64,000 nt of DNA from Candidatus Magasanikiibacteriota bacterium (GCA_021648085.1 JAKITS010000001.1:682759-746758); one strand, 5' to 3'; positions 1 through 9,723 are shown, numbered from the stretch's first letter. A program made the numbers and translations. Notes: a model not told the origin generated them from the sequence alone.

Positions 1-55
1 TTCAAAAGACAGCTTTCAAAATATTTACAAACACACATTAGTTTGTAGAAAACCT

Positions 56-84
56 ATAACCCACTTTTGAAAAGTGGGTTTTTT
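56..84 (+). terminator. Rho-independent terminator, followed by a TTGACAAAA promoter
   Basis: Hairpin aacccacttttgaaaagtgggtt followed by a T-run. An extended -35 TTGACAAAA sits at 86-94. Confidence 0.55.
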
Positions 85-113
85 ATTGACAAAAATATAA
101 AAATAATGTAAGC

Positions 114-770
114 TTGAGCTGTCCAAAAAAAAAAAGAAACGGAGAAAAAATGCCTAGAAAAGGTCCAAAACAATTTTTTTCAAAACAGTTCATTTTAAAA
201 AAAGGAAAAGTTTCTCTTGGTATTACTGTAAACTTTAGTATAAAATACAAAACAGGAGAAGTATCATCACTATTCTTCGTACCATTTATTGGAATAGAGA
301 AAGAAATTACTTTTAACGGTGAAAAAATTACAAGATTTGTAAAACTTCTAGGAAAAGAAAGTTTGGAATACTACTATATTGTCGAAATTTATAGAGTCTG
401 GAGAATTCTTTGTTTAGTAAAAGGAATACATATTATCAACTCACCTCTTATAGTTCTACTCGAGCAAATGCTTGAAGAAAAATGTGCTTTAAAAAATATT
501 TTAAATGTCCTCCCAAAAGAAGTGACCGAGGTGGAATTAAAAAGAGTACTAGTTGAATTACCAAAAGACTTAGAAATTGATACTTCTATGTATAAATTTG
601 GCAGATTGTCTGATTTTGTAATTACAGATCCAAAAAATAAACCGAAGTTCCTATCTGTGAGTATTCCACAAAAATCAGACCTCTCATACTCTTACGGACT
701 AAATCGAGGTTTGGTAGACATAACAAATACAGGAAAAATAAAAACAACAAATAAAACTACCTGTTACTAA
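114..770 (+). CDS. hypothetical protein; the start may be the internal Met at 150
   Basis: Long ORF between a promoter and a terminator hairpin at 775-806. There is no SD at 114; a weak GGAG precedes the Met at 150. I recognise no motifs. Confidence 0.3.
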   Translation: MSCPKKKRNGEKMPRKGPKQFFSKQFILKKGKVSLGITVNFSIKYKTGEVSSLFFVPFIGIEKEITFNGEKITRFVKLLGKESLEYYYIVEIYRVWRILCLVKGIHIINSPLIVLLEQMLEEKCALKNILNVLPKEVTEVELKRVLVELPKDLEIDTSMYKFGRLSDFVITDPKNKPKFLSVSIPQKSDLSYSYGLNRGLVDITNTGKIKTTNKTTCY

Positions 771-897
771 AAACAAAACGGACCACAATAATGTCCGTTT
801 TTTTATTTTACTATTTATACTTTTCACTTGACAAAACAAACAAAATAAGTTATTATTTAAATAGATTGGCCAGAGGCCTTTTTTAAATAGAAAAAAT

Positions 898-1089
898 ATG
901 TTAAAAGCAATCAAAAAGCTAAAAAAATACCTTATTGACTCAAGTCGTGAAATGAAAAAAGTGACTTGGCCAACAAAAAAACAAACTAAAAACTACACTA
1001 TTATTGTAATAGCGCTTAGTCTTGGAATTATGATTTTCTTTGCTATTTTAGATTACTTATTCGACATTATTTTAAAAACAATTATTTAA
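898..1089 (+). CDS. secE: preprotein translocase subunit SecE
   Basis: 63-aa protein with a basic N-terminus and one C-terminal TM helix. It lies immediately upstream of nusG, the canonical synteny. Confidence 0.75.
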   Translation: MLKAIKKLKKYLIDSSREMKKVTWPTKKQTKNYTIIVIALSLGIMIFFAILDYLFDIILKTII

Positions 1090-1095
1090 TTTTTT

Positions 1096-1644
1096 ATGGC
1101 AAAACAAACCCTAGACCTTGGTCGCAGATGGTATGTATTACACACATATAGCGGATACGAGGAAAATGTAAAAAGAAACCTAGAGCAAAGAGCAGAGTCT
1201 TTTGATATGGGCGACAAAATTTTTGGTGTTTTGATTCCAAAAGAAAAGAAAATTAAAATTAAAGGTGGAAAAAGAAATGTAATTGAAGAAAAGATTTTTC
1301 CAGGATATGTCTTGGTAGAAATGATCGTGACAGATGATTCTTGGTATGTTGTAAGAAATACACCAAATGTCACTGGTTTTGTTGGTTCTGGTACTACCCC
1401 TACTCCAATTGACCCATCGGAGGTAAAATCACTTCAAAAGAGAATGGATGTGGAAGATCCTACACACAAAATTGATGTTAATGTAGACGATTCTGTAAAA
1501 ATTACAGATGGGCCATTTAAAAATTTCGAAGGAAAAGTTAGTGAAGTCGATGAAACACGAGGTAAAGTTAAAGTTCTTGTTAGTATGTTTGGAAGAGAGA
1601 CACCAGTTGAGCTAGACGCACTACAAATTAAAAAAAGTAACTAA
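1096..1644 (+). CDS. nusG: transcription termination/antitermination factor NusG
   Basis: NGN domain (WYVLHTYSGYE), a C-terminal KOW motif (GPFKNFEGKV), and a position between secE and rplK. Confidence 0.9.
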   Translation: MAKQTLDLGRRWYVLHTYSGYEENVKRNLEQRAESFDMGDKIFGVLIPKEKKIKIKGGKRNVIEEKIFPGYVLVEMIVTDDSWYVVRNTPNVTGFVGSGTTPTPIDPSEVKSLQKRMDVEDPTHKIDVNVDDSVKITDGPFKNFEGKVSEVDETRGKVKVLVSMFGRETPVELDALQIKKSN

Positions 1645-1707
1645 ATTAATAAAAAGTTGAAAGACGAGAGCTTCTGAAGTCTGAAAACCGAAAATAATAT
1701 ACCAAAT

Positions 1708-2133
1708 ATGGCAAAGAAAGTATTATCACAAATAAAATTACAAATTAAAGGTGGAGCAGCAAACCCTGCGCCTCCAGTTGGGCCAGCATTGGGACAACAT
1801 GGATTAAATATCCAAGAATTCTGTACTCAATTTAACAACGCAACAGCAGACAGAAAAGGAGAAATTGTGCCTGTTATTATAGATGTTTACGAAGATAGAT
1901 CTTTTAGTTTTATTACAAAAGTTGCCCCAGCAAGCGCACTAATAAAACAAACCTTAAAACTAAAAAGTGGTTCAAGTAACCCTTTGAAAGATAAAGTAGC
2001 CAAATTGAGTAATGCTCAATTAAAAGAAATCGCAGAAAAGAAAATGCCAGACTTGAACACAAATGATGTAAACCAAGCAATGAAAATTATTGCTGGGACT
2101 GCGAGACAAATGGGTATTGAAACAGAAATCTAA
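1708..2133 (+). CDS. rplK: 50S ribosomal protein L11
   Basis: Carries the L11 signature [18 protein letters not shown]. 141 aa. Confidence 0.95.
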   Translation: MAKKVLSQIKLQIKGGAANPAPPVGPALGQHGLNIQEFCTQFNNATADRKGEIVPVIIDVYEDRSFSFITKVAPASALIKQTLKLKSGSSNPLKDKVAKLSNAQLKEIAEKKMPDLNTNDVNQAMKIIAGTARQMGIETEI

Positions 2134-2154
2134 AATAAAAGATACACCTAACAA

Positions 2155-2187
2155 AAACTCGCCAAAATAGGTGAGTTTTTGTTATAC
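2155..2187 (+). terminator. terminator after rplK
   Basis: Stem acucgcc/ggugagu (one GU wobble) followed by UUUUUG. Confidence 0.45.
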
Positions 2188-2227
2188 TACATAATTATAA
2201 TATATATAGCACAATAAAATAAAAAAT

Positions 2228-2665
2228 ATGGCAAAAAATAATTCATCCGCAAAAGATATAATTAGAAAAATTTATTTCTATGCAGTACTTTTGGCAGGGC
2301 TTATGATGATGGTAATCCCTGGAATAGATATGACGAAAATAGCTCTGGAAACATGGGTTTTCCCAGATGTTGCACAAGAAAACTATAGTTACGAAAAAAT
2401 GCCAATTCGTCCTTTTATTTCTGATACAAAACTTAAAATAATAGAAAACGATGGTGAAATTAAACTAACAGAAGACGAAAAAAGAATGCTAGACGAATGG
2501 AAAATTCAACATACAGTTTGGCAAGAAAAACAAGAAAATAAAAATTTTGCAAAAATTAATATGCAAAGATCTTTGGTAAGAGATATTCCAACAATGGCAG
2601 CTGGAATAATCCTATTTTTTAGTCACGGTTACATATTGAGAAAAGATAAAAATAAAAAAGTTTAA
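2228..2665 (+). CDS. hypothetical membrane protein (2 TM)
   Basis: Hydrophobic segments near the N and C termini. It is inserted between rplK and rplA. Confidence 0.45.
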   Translation: MAKNNSSAKDIIRKIYFYAVLLAGLMMMVIPGIDMTKIALETWVFPDVAQENYSYEKMPIRPFISDTKLKIIENDGEIKLTEDEKRMLDEWKIQHTVWQEKQENKNFAKINMQRSLVRDIPTMAAGIILFFSHGYILRKDKNKKV

Positions 2666-2669
2666 ATAT

Positions 2670-3722
2670 ATGTTAAAAAAATTAAACTGCTCATTTTTTG
2701 GAGTAATGACAAGTTTTACAAAATACCTAAAAACTCAACTTAAAAGTCATAAGATAACGGTTGTTAGTAAAATTATAGATATAGAAAAGTTAGATAAAAA
2801 AACAGAAGTTTTAGGCGTTTTTGTAGATTCAAAAGTAGATAAAGAAGTTTTTCAAAATTTACCAAACCTAAAATTAATTGTCACAATGTCCACTGGTTTT
2901 GACCATATAGATTTGGCAGAGGCAAAAAAGCGTAAAATTCCTGTCTGTAATGTGCCGACTTATGGTGAAAATACTGTTGCAGAACATACTATTTCTTTGA
3001 TTCTTGCGCTTTCTCGCCAACTTTTTCACTCTATAGACCGAGTAAAAGAAGGTAATTATGATTATCACGGATTGCGTGGTTTTGACATAAAAGGAAAGAC
3101 AATTGGTGTTATTGGAACTGGTCATATTGGTCAACATGTTATAAAAAGACTAGCTGGTTTTGAAGCTGAAATTATTGCTTTTGATTTATTTCCAAAACCA
3201 GAATTAGAAACTGACTTCAATTTTCGTTATGTAAAAAAACTAGACGAATTATTAAAAAAATCTGATATAATTACACTACATCTTCCACTATTTCCAGAGA
3301 CTTACCACCTCATAAATAAGAAAAACATTAAAAAAATTAAAAAAGGAGCTTATATTATAAACACAGCTCGCGGTGGACTTGTCGAACCAGAAGCTTTGGT
3401 TTGGGGATTGGAGAGTGGTAGAATTGCTGGTGCTGGTTTGGATGTTTTGGAAGATGAACAAATTGCAAAAGACCCATCAAATATTTTTTATTCAGAAACC
3501 GGTGAGCGTGGTGGACTAAGTATGAATATGATAAAAGACGAAAAAGTGATCAAAAACAGTCTTTTAAATAATATGCTGATAGATCACCCAAATGTAATTA
3601 TCACACCTCACAATGCTTTTAATAGCACAGAAGCAATAGAGAGAATAATAAACACCACAGCCGAAAACATAGACTCATTTGCCAATGGAAAAGTCATAAA
3701 TGATGTAACAAAGAAAAAATAA
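2670..3722 (+). CDS. D-isomer-specific 2-hydroxyacid dehydrogenase family (NAD-binding)
   Basis: Rossmann motif GVIGTGHIGQHV. Catalytic-domain pattern ends ...PHNAF. Overall layout matches the D-2-HDH/PGDH family. Confidence 0.8.
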   Translation: MLKKLNCSFFGVMTSFTKYLKTQLKSHKITVVSKIIDIEKLDKKTEVLGVFVDSKVDKEVFQNLPNLKLIVTMSTGFDHIDLAEAKKRKIPVCNVPTYGENTVAEHTISLILALSRQLFHSIDRVKEGNYDYHGLRGFDIKGKTIGVIGTGHIGQHVIKRLAGFEAEIIAFDLFPKPELETDFNFRYVKKLDELLKKSDIITLHLPLFPETYHLINKKNIKKIKKGAYIINTARGGLVEPEALVWGLESGRIAGAGLDVLEDEQIAKDPSNIFYSETGERGGLSMNMIKDEKVIKNSLLNNMLIDHPNVIITPHNAFNSTEAIERIINTTAENIDSFANGKVINDVTKKK

Positions 3723-3734
3723 GAATTTAACATT

Positions 3735-3768
3735 AAAAAAACCTCTTTCATAAAAGAGGTTTTTTGTT
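3735..3768 (+). terminator. Rho-independent terminator
   Basis: acctctttcataaaagaggt followed by TTTTTT. Confidence 0.7.
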
Positions 3769-4002
3769 TTGTCTATTATATTCAACTTGATTAAAAATCT
3801 AATTTGAATCACTGTATTATTTTAGAAACTCTAGATTCCCGATCAAGCTGGGAATGACGCTATAGGGATTTTTAATTAATTATCTGTATCTTATTTTAGT
3901 TAACCTGCTTAATTGTTAATTTACTATCTTTCTTGCTTGACAAAAGGGCTTTTTTGTGATATTGTATTATGATTATAAGGGTTCATTTTCAAGGAGGAAA
4001 AA

Positions 4003-4308
4003 GTGGAAAAAGTTCAGTGGTTTGTGTATAGAAATGGAGTTTTTGTAGGAAGTACACACGCTGTTTCAGAAAAACAGGCGTGTGCCAATGTAATTTTCCG
4101 AAGCTTTGGAAAAGACCAAAGTGAAAGAAAATACCTGGCTGCTTTTCTCGCAAAAGCAACGCCTAAAATTACAAAAAGACCAGCAAAGTTTCAACACCAG
4201 TTACGAGCTGGATTTTGCACAAACTGTAAATACAGCGAAAATCGCGTGGGTATTCTTTGCCCAAACTGCGAAGAAGTTGATTTGCAACAAACAAGGAGAA
4301 GAAAATAA
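4003..4308 (+). CDS. hypothetical protein with C-terminal CxxC...CxxC zinc-ribbon
   Basis: GTG start 4 nt after the SD aaggagg. A TTGACAAAA promoter at 3937. Motifs CTNC and CPNC. A terminator at 4312-4347. GC is higher than in neighbouring genes. Confidence 0.5.
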   Translation: MEKVQWFVYRNGVFVGSTHAVSEKQACANVIFRSFGKDQSERKYLAAFLAKATPKITKRPAKFQHQLRAGFCTNCKYSENRVGILCPNCEEVDLQQTRRRK

Positions 4309-4360
4309 TATAAAAGCCCAAGTAGCAACCGCGAACGGGCTTTTTTTGTTATATTTTTTC

Positions 4361-4489
4361 CTGTCATTTCGAATTTAATAATACAAATGAGAAATTACTT
4401 AAATATTGTAATCATTAAGAACTTTACTTTTAAAATGTTTAAAAAAACCACTTGCCAGTGTGCAAATCTCACTTCATTCGAAATGACAG
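4361..4489. repeat. 129-bp element bounded by perfect 14-bp terminal inverted repeats (ctgtcatttcgaat / attcgaaatgacag)
   Basis: Read directly from the sequence. The 18-mer ttttcctgtcatttcgaa recurs in inverted orientation at 34215-34232. Confidence 0.7.
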
Positions 4490-4617
4490 AATATCAAAAT
4501 TATTAATTTCCTACTATTGACAAAATCAAAGAATTCTGGTATTATTAGACCATAATTTATATGTGGGAGCTTAGTCTTCAAAAATGCTAAGCGCTAATAC
4601 CACTTACGACAAAAAAT

Positions 4618-5298
4618 ATGTCAAAAAGAATGCAAGAATTATCAGAAAAGATCGATAAAACAAAAGTTTACACAATAGAAGAAGCTGTTGCTTTAGTAAA
4701 GGAAACTAGCAATGTAAAATTTGATGCTTCGGTAGAAGTTCACACAAACTTAGGAATTAATCCTAAAAAAAGTGATCAGCAAATTCGTACCACAATGACA
4801 CTTCCTCACGGAACTGGAAAAACAAAGAAAATTGCAGCTTTTGTAGGACCAAACGATGAAGCAGAGGCAAAAGAAGCTGGAGCTGACTTTATCTATGGAG
4901 AAGAAGAAATTCAAAAAATTAAAACTAGTGGAAAAATTGAATTTGAAGTAGCTATCTCAACACCAGAAATGATGCCAAAACTGGCAATGGTTGCTCGTGT
5001 TTTGGGACCACGTGGACTTATGCCAAATCCAAAAACTGGAACAGTTGGACCAAATGTAAAAGAAATGATTGCAGACCTTAAAAAAGGTAAAGTTTCTTTC
5101 AAAAATGACGATACTTCAAACATACACCAAACAATTGGTAAAGTAAGTTTTGACGATACCAAAATAGTTGAAAACTTCAACTACTTTATGGAAACTTTAA
5201 AAAAAGTTAAACCAACATCCTCAAAAGGTACATATATAAAATCTTTATATATTACGAGTAGCATGGGGCCAAGTATAAAAGTTGAAAGTCCGCTTTAA
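4618..5298 (+). CDS. rplA: 50S ribosomal protein L1
   Basis: L1 family N-terminus (VYTIEEAVALVKE...KFDASVEVHTNLGINPKKSDQ). 226 aa. Confidence 0.95.
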   Translation: MSKRMQELSEKIDKTKVYTIEEAVALVKETSNVKFDASVEVHTNLGINPKKSDQQIRTTMTLPHGTGKTKKIAAFVGPNDEAEAKEAGADFIYGEEEIQKIKTSGKIEFEVAISTPEMMPKLAMVARVLGPRGLMPNPKTGTVGPNVKEMIADLKKGKVSFKNDDTSNIHQTIGKVSFDDTKIVENFNYFMETLKKVKPTSSKGTYIKSLYITSSMGPSIKVESPL

Positions 5299-5326
5299 AA
5301 CTATAAGTATCTAATTAAAAACTTGA

Positions 5327-5366
5327 AAAAAAGAACTTCTTGTGATAATATCCAAGAAGTTCTTTT
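5327..5366 (+). terminator. terminator after rplA
   Basis: agaacttcttg...caagaagttct followed by TTTTT. Confidence 0.7.
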
Positions 5367-5369
5367 TAT

Positions 5370-5933
5370 TTGCCAACGGAGATCCGCATTGTGAAAAAAA
5401 TAATCAAAGAAATTCGAGAAAATGGTAGTTTAATTGCAATACATAAATGGAGAAAAAATAATCCAGAAAAAAAACTAGATTTCTCTGGAATGGATTTGTC
5501 TGGTTTAAATTTTGAGTCTGCAGAGCTACAAAATACAAATTTTTCTGGAGCAAATTTAAGAAATATCTGTTTTAACAATACAAACTTACTTAATGCAGAC
5601 CTTTCAAATACAGATTGCACAAATGCAAGTTTTATTGGTGCAGAATTAATGAATGTAAACGCAAAATACGCAATTTTTGAAAATACAGATTTTAGCAATT
5701 CCAATCCAATGAATATGTATAACAAAGCATACGCAATTTGGGCTCGCGCAAAATTTAATAATAAGTATCAAGCAAATCAAATTCTAGTTTTTATAATGTC
5801 TTCGTGGCTTGCGAACAATCCATTGCTAAAAATTTTTGTATCATACAATCATTTTGAAAAAGAAGGTAGTAGGTATGACCCCGAAAAACAAAAAAGTTTT
5901 CTAACAAAATTAAAAAGTATATTTAGAAGATAA
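5370..5933 (+). CDS. pentapeptide-repeat protein
   Basis: Tandem A(D/N)LxN-type pentapeptides (LSGLNFESAELQNTNFSGANLRNICFNNTNLLNADLSNTDCTNASFIGAELMNVNA). The ORF begins with TTG and overlaps the terminator, so the start is uncertain. Confidence 0.65.
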   Translation: MPTEIRIVKKIIKEIRENGSLIAIHKWRKNNPEKKLDFSGMDLSGLNFESAELQNTNFSGANLRNICFNNTNLLNADLSNTDCTNASFIGAELMNVNAKYAIFENTDFSNSNPMNMYNKAYAIWARAKFNNKYQANQILVFIMSSWLANNPLLKIFVSYNHFEKEGSRYDPEKQKSFLTKLKSIFRR

Positions 5934-6037
5934 AAACCAAAAACACTGTTAAAATCAGTGTTTTTTAATTTGACGGTTTAGATAAGTTTGATAAACTATA
6001 CAAACTAATAGCTTTATTTTAAAGTAATAAAATAAAT

Positions 6038-6532
6038 ATGGAAGAAAAAAATAGATATATAAGACCTAGCTGGGACGAATATTTTATGGATATTGCAAAA
6101 GCTGTGGCAACAAGAGCGACTTGCGATAGAGGAAGGTCTGGCTGTGTAATCGCAAAGGATAAGCAAATTTTAGTGACAGGCTATGTTGGCTCTCCACGCA
6201 GTATTCCTCATTGCGACGAAATTGGACATCAATTTAAAACTATAATTCACGAAGATGGAAGTCAGAGTCAACATTGTTTGCGCACAACTCACGCAGAGCA
6301 AAATGCTATAGTTCAAGCTGCAAAAAGAGGTGTGGCGATTGAAAACGCAACACTTTACTGCAAAATGACACCGTGTTCTACTTGCGCTAAAATGATTATA
6401 AATTCTGGTATAAAAAAAGTTGTTTGTGAGAAAAAATATCACCGCGGTGCAGAAAGCGAAGATATGTTTAGGCGTGTTGGAATTTCACTAAATTACTTCG
6501 AAGAAACAGTAGAAAAATATGACAAACAATAA
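6038..6532 (+). CDS. comEB: dCMP deaminase (cytidine/deoxycytidylate deaminase family)
   Basis: Zinc motifs HAEQNAI and PCSTCAKMI. Confidence 0.85.
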   Translation: MEEKNRYIRPSWDEYFMDIAKAVATRATCDRGRSGCVIAKDKQILVTGYVGSPRSIPHCDEIGHQFKTIIHEDGSQSQHCLRTTHAEQNAIVQAAKRGVAIENATLYCKMTPCSTCAKMIINSGIKKVVCEKKYHRGAESEDMFRRVGISLNYFEETVEKYDKQ

Positions 6533-7085
6533 AATAATTTTAGGATTTACTGGTTTTATTGCTAGTGGAAAAGGAACCGCAGCAGAATATTTAAAAGAAA
6601 AATACAATGCGCCGTCTTACAGATTTTCTACAATGCTTCGTGATATTTTAGATAGGATTTATGTAGAAAAAAATAGAGACAATCTCATAAAAACTTCAGA
6701 ATTTATTAGAAGTACTTTTGGTGAAGATGTGATGGCTAAAACACTTGGAAAAGATGTGGAAAACGACTCAAGTAATACAATAGTAGTTGACGGAATTCGT
6801 AGAATGGCCGATATTGAATACCTAACAAAAATGTCTGGTTTTGTGTTAATTCATATCGATGCAAATCCAAAAATTCGCTACGAGAGATTGGTAAAAAGAT
6901 CTGAAAATACAGACGACCAATCTAAAACTTACGAAGACTTTTTAGCAGACCACGAAAGATCTACAGAAATTAGTATTCGTGAAGTTGCAAAGCAGGCTAT
7001 GGAAAAAATTGAAAACAGTGGAAATTTTGAAGAATTAAACAAGCAAATAGATAATATTATAAAAAAATATGGAGGTCAAAATTAA
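6519..7085 (+). CDS. P-loop nucleoside/nucleotide kinase (dNMP-kinase or CoaE-like); specificity unknown
   Basis: Walker A motif GFTGFIASGKGT. It overlaps both neighbours, suggesting translational coupling. It sits inside the dTMP gene cluster. Confidence 0.55.
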   Translation: MTNNKIILGFTGFIASGKGTAAEYLKEKYNAPSYRFSTMLRDILDRIYVEKNRDNLIKTSEFIRSTFGEDVMAKTLGKDVENDSSNTIVVDGIRRMADIEYLTKMSGFVLIHIDANPKIRYERLVKRSENTDDQSKTYEDFLADHERSTEISIREVAKQAMEKIENSGNFEELNKQIDNIIKKYGGQN

Positions 7086-7497
7086 AAGAGTTGACAAATC
7101 ACTTCCACTTCCCCACTATCAAACTAAAGGGTCTGTTGCTTTTGATATTTATACACGAAAAGATATTTCAATTGAACCAAAAGAAATAAAAATGGCTCCA
7201 AGCAATTTGATTATTGAGACTCCACAAAATTTCATGCTTGTAATTGCAGCACGCTCTAGTCTACAGAAAAGAAGTTTAATGCTTGCAAATAATGTAGGAA
7301 TAGTTGATCAAGATTATTGTGGAGAAAATGACGAGATAAGCACAGCACTTTATAATTTTGGAAATGAAACCGTAGAAATTAAAGCAGGCGAAAGAATTGC
7401 ACAAGGAATTTTTGTGCCAATTGTGAAAGTAAACTGGCAAGAAGTTGATAAAATGTCTAACAATAATAGAGGTGGTTTTGGTTCAACAGGAATTTAA
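7069..7497 (+). CDS. dut: dUTP diphosphatase
   Basis: dUTPase motifs (AARSSL, GIVDQDY, and RGGFGSTG at the C-terminus). Confidence 0.9.
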   Translation: MEVKIKRVDKSLPLPHYQTKGSVAFDIYTRKDISIEPKEIKMAPSNLIIETPQNFMLVIAARSSLQKRSLMLANNVGIVDQDYCGENDEISTALYNFGNETVEIKAGERIAQGIFVPIVKVNWQEVDKMSNNNRGGFGSTGI

Positions 7498-7503
7498 AAA
7501 ATT

Positions 7504-8376
7504 ATGAAACAATATTTAGATATAGTAAAAAATGTATTGGAAAATGGAGAAAAAAAGGAAAACAGAACAGGAGTGGATACTATTGCGGTTGCTGGAGCTT
7601 TTTTCCAGCACGATATGTCCAAAGGTTTTCCAATGTTGACAACAAAAAGAGTACCTATCAGACTTGTCTCTAGTGAATTGGAATTTTTTATAAAAGGATT
7701 GACAGACAAACAGTGGTTGCAAGATAGAAACAACCACATTTGGGACGAATGGGCTTACCCAAAAAAAGCACCGTACGGACATAGCGAAGAAGCAAAGAAG
7801 AAAATGCGAGAAGAAAGAGATTTGGGTGCAATTTATGGATTTCAGTGGAGAAATTTCAATGCTCCGTACGACCACCACACCAGCGATTATTCTGGAAAAG
7901 GTGTAGATCAACTTAAAAATGTAGTTGACAAACTAAAAACAAACCCACATGACCGCAGAATGATAGTGTCGGCTTGGAATCCTACAATGATAAATGAAAT
8001 GGCTCTTCCGCCTTGCCACTATGCTTTTCAAGTGACAGTGATAAACGGAAAATTAAATCTACTCTGGAATCAGCGTTCTGTGGATGTTATGCTTGGGCTT
8101 CCTTTTAATATTGCGAGTTATGCCTTACTATTACATTTGCTCGCCAAAGAATCTGGTTTTGAAGAAGGTCGTCTAATTGGGTTTTTGGCAGATACTCATA
8201 TTTATGAAAATCATATAAATGGAGCAAAAGAACAATTAACACGCGATGTAACTAAATTCCAATTACCAAAAATAGAAACAGAAAATTTTTCATCTATTTT
8301 TGACTGGCAGTATACAGATACAAAACTTTCCAACTACCAAAGTTATCCACGAATTAAATTTGATATAGCAGTTTAA
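7504..8376 (+). CDS. thyA: thymidylate synthase (ThyA type)
   Basis: Opens MKQYLDIVKNVLENG. Carries the catalytic-Cys region PPCHYAFQV and ends with the ThyA C-terminal IKFDIAV. Confidence 0.95.
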   Translation: MKQYLDIVKNVLENGEKKENRTGVDTIAVAGAFFQHDMSKGFPMLTTKRVPIRLVSSELEFFIKGLTDKQWLQDRNNHIWDEWAYPKKAPYGHSEEAKKKMREERDLGAIYGFQWRNFNAPYDHHTSDYSGKGVDQLKNVVDKLKTNPHDRRMIVSAWNPTMINEMALPPCHYAFQVTVINGKLNLLWNQRSVDVMLGLPFNIASYALLLHLLAKESGFEEGRLIGFLADTHIYENHINGAKEQLTRDVTKFQLPKIETENFSSIFDWQYTDTKLSNYQSYPRIKFDIAV

Positions 8377-8377
8377 T

Positions 8378-8848
8378 ATGATCGCATTAATGTCAGCCGT
8401 AAGTGAAAACAATTGTATAGGAGTAAGTGGTGATTTGCCGTGGAATATTCCTGGAGATATGAAATTATTCAAAAAATATACAACAGGAAATGTGGTAATA
8501 ATGGGGCGAAAAACTTGGGAATCTCTACCAGAAAAATTTCGCCCACTTCCAAACAGAAAAAATATTATAATAACTAGGCAACCAGATTATAAAGCACCAG
8601 AAGAGGTGGCGGTTTATTCTGATATCAAAAAAGCTATACAAGCTCACAAAAATGAAAAAGTTTTTATAATTGGCGGTGGCGAAATTTACAAACAGTCTAT
8701 AGATTTGGCCGATACACTTTATATCACAAAAGTTCACCGAACAATAGATGTGTGCGATACTTTTTTCCCAAAAATAGACGAGACAAAATGGAAAATAACA
8801 GAAGAAGAAAAAATGGGAGAAATTTCTTTTTTAACTTATGAAAAATAA
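8378..8848 (+). CDS. folA: dihydrofolate reductase
   Basis: MIALMSAVSENNCIGVSGDLPWNIPGDMKLFKKYT...IMGRKTWESLP. The start is coupled to thyA. Confidence 0.9.
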   Translation: MIALMSAVSENNCIGVSGDLPWNIPGDMKLFKKYTTGNVVIMGRKTWESLPEKFRPLPNRKNIIITRQPDYKAPEEVAVYSDIKKAIQAHKNEKVFIIGGGEIYKQSIDLADTLYITKVHRTIDVCDTFFPKIDETKWKITEEEKMGEISFLTYEK

Positions 8849-8850
8849 TT

Positions 8851-9690
8851 ATGTCTAATAAAGACAGCTCGATCACGCTTTTTCACGAAAAACAAGTTCG
8901 CAGACATTGGAATGAAAAAGATGAACTTTGGTATTTTTCAGTTGTAGACGTTATTTCTGTTTTAACTAACTCTACAATTCCAAAAAGATATTGGAGTGAC
9001 CTAAAAAATAAATTTAAAAATGAAGGAAGTGAAGTGTACGAAAAAATCGTACGGTTCAAAATGATAGCTTCTGATAATAAAATAAGGGAAACCGACTGTT
9101 TCTCTACCCAAGATTTATTACGTGCAATCCAATCCATTCCCTCCCCAAAAGCAGAACCTTTCAAACTTTGGCTTGCAAAAGTTGGCTATGAAAGAATAGC
9201 AGAAACCGAAGATCCAGAACTTGCAATAGACCGAGCAATGCAAACCTATTTTAAAAAAGGATATTCCAAAGATTGGATAAATCAGAGAATAAAAACAATT
9301 GAAGTAAGAAAAGAATTAACAGATGAGTGGGAAGAAAGAGGAGTTCAAAAAGGAATAGAATTTGCAATTTTAACAGATGAGATTACAAAAGCTTGGTCTG
9401 GAAAATCTGTAAAACAATATAAAAAGTTTAAAAATCTTCAAAAACAGAATTTAAGAGATAGTATGACTAATTTGGAGTTGATTTTAAATATGCTTGCCGA
9501 AGCAACAACAACCGAAATATCCAAAGAAAAACAACCAAAAACTTTTTTAGAAAGTAAGGAAATCGCCAAAAAAGGTGGTGACACAGCAGGTAAAGCTAGG
9601 ATAGATATTGAAGAAAAAATAGGAAAAAGTATTATTTCCCCAAAAAATGCACACTATTTACAAAATAGTATAAATAACAAGTTGCAATAA
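8851..9690 (+). CDS. dinD: DinD-like DNA-damage-inducible protein (Bro-N N-terminal domain)
   Basis: By eye it aligns with E. coli DinD: a Bro-N-like N-terminus (FHEKQVRRHWNEKDELWYFSVVDV), a KAEPFKLWLAKV/AIDRAMQTYF block and an MTNLELILNMLAEATTTEIS block. Confidence 0.65.
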   Translation: MSNKDSSITLFHEKQVRRHWNEKDELWYFSVVDVISVLTNSTIPKRYWSDLKNKFKNEGSEVYEKIVRFKMIASDNKIRETDCFSTQDLLRAIQSIPSPKAEPFKLWLAKVGYERIAETEDPELAIDRAMQTYFKKGYSKDWINQRIKTIEVRKELTDEWEERGVQKGIEFAILTDEITKAWSGKSVKQYKKFKNLQKQNLRDSMTNLELILNMLAEATTTEISKEKQPKTFLESKEIAKKGGDTAGKARIDIEEKIGKSIISPKNAHYLQNSINNKLQ

Positions 9691-9723
9691 TTTTAACTTA
9701 ATTCTTAATCCTTTTTTAAAAAT

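Noticed and set aside
4106-4378. 90-aa ORF overlapping 4003..4308 in another frame
   Set aside because: The 4003 frame has the SD and the Zn-ribbon motifs. This frame runs through the terminator.
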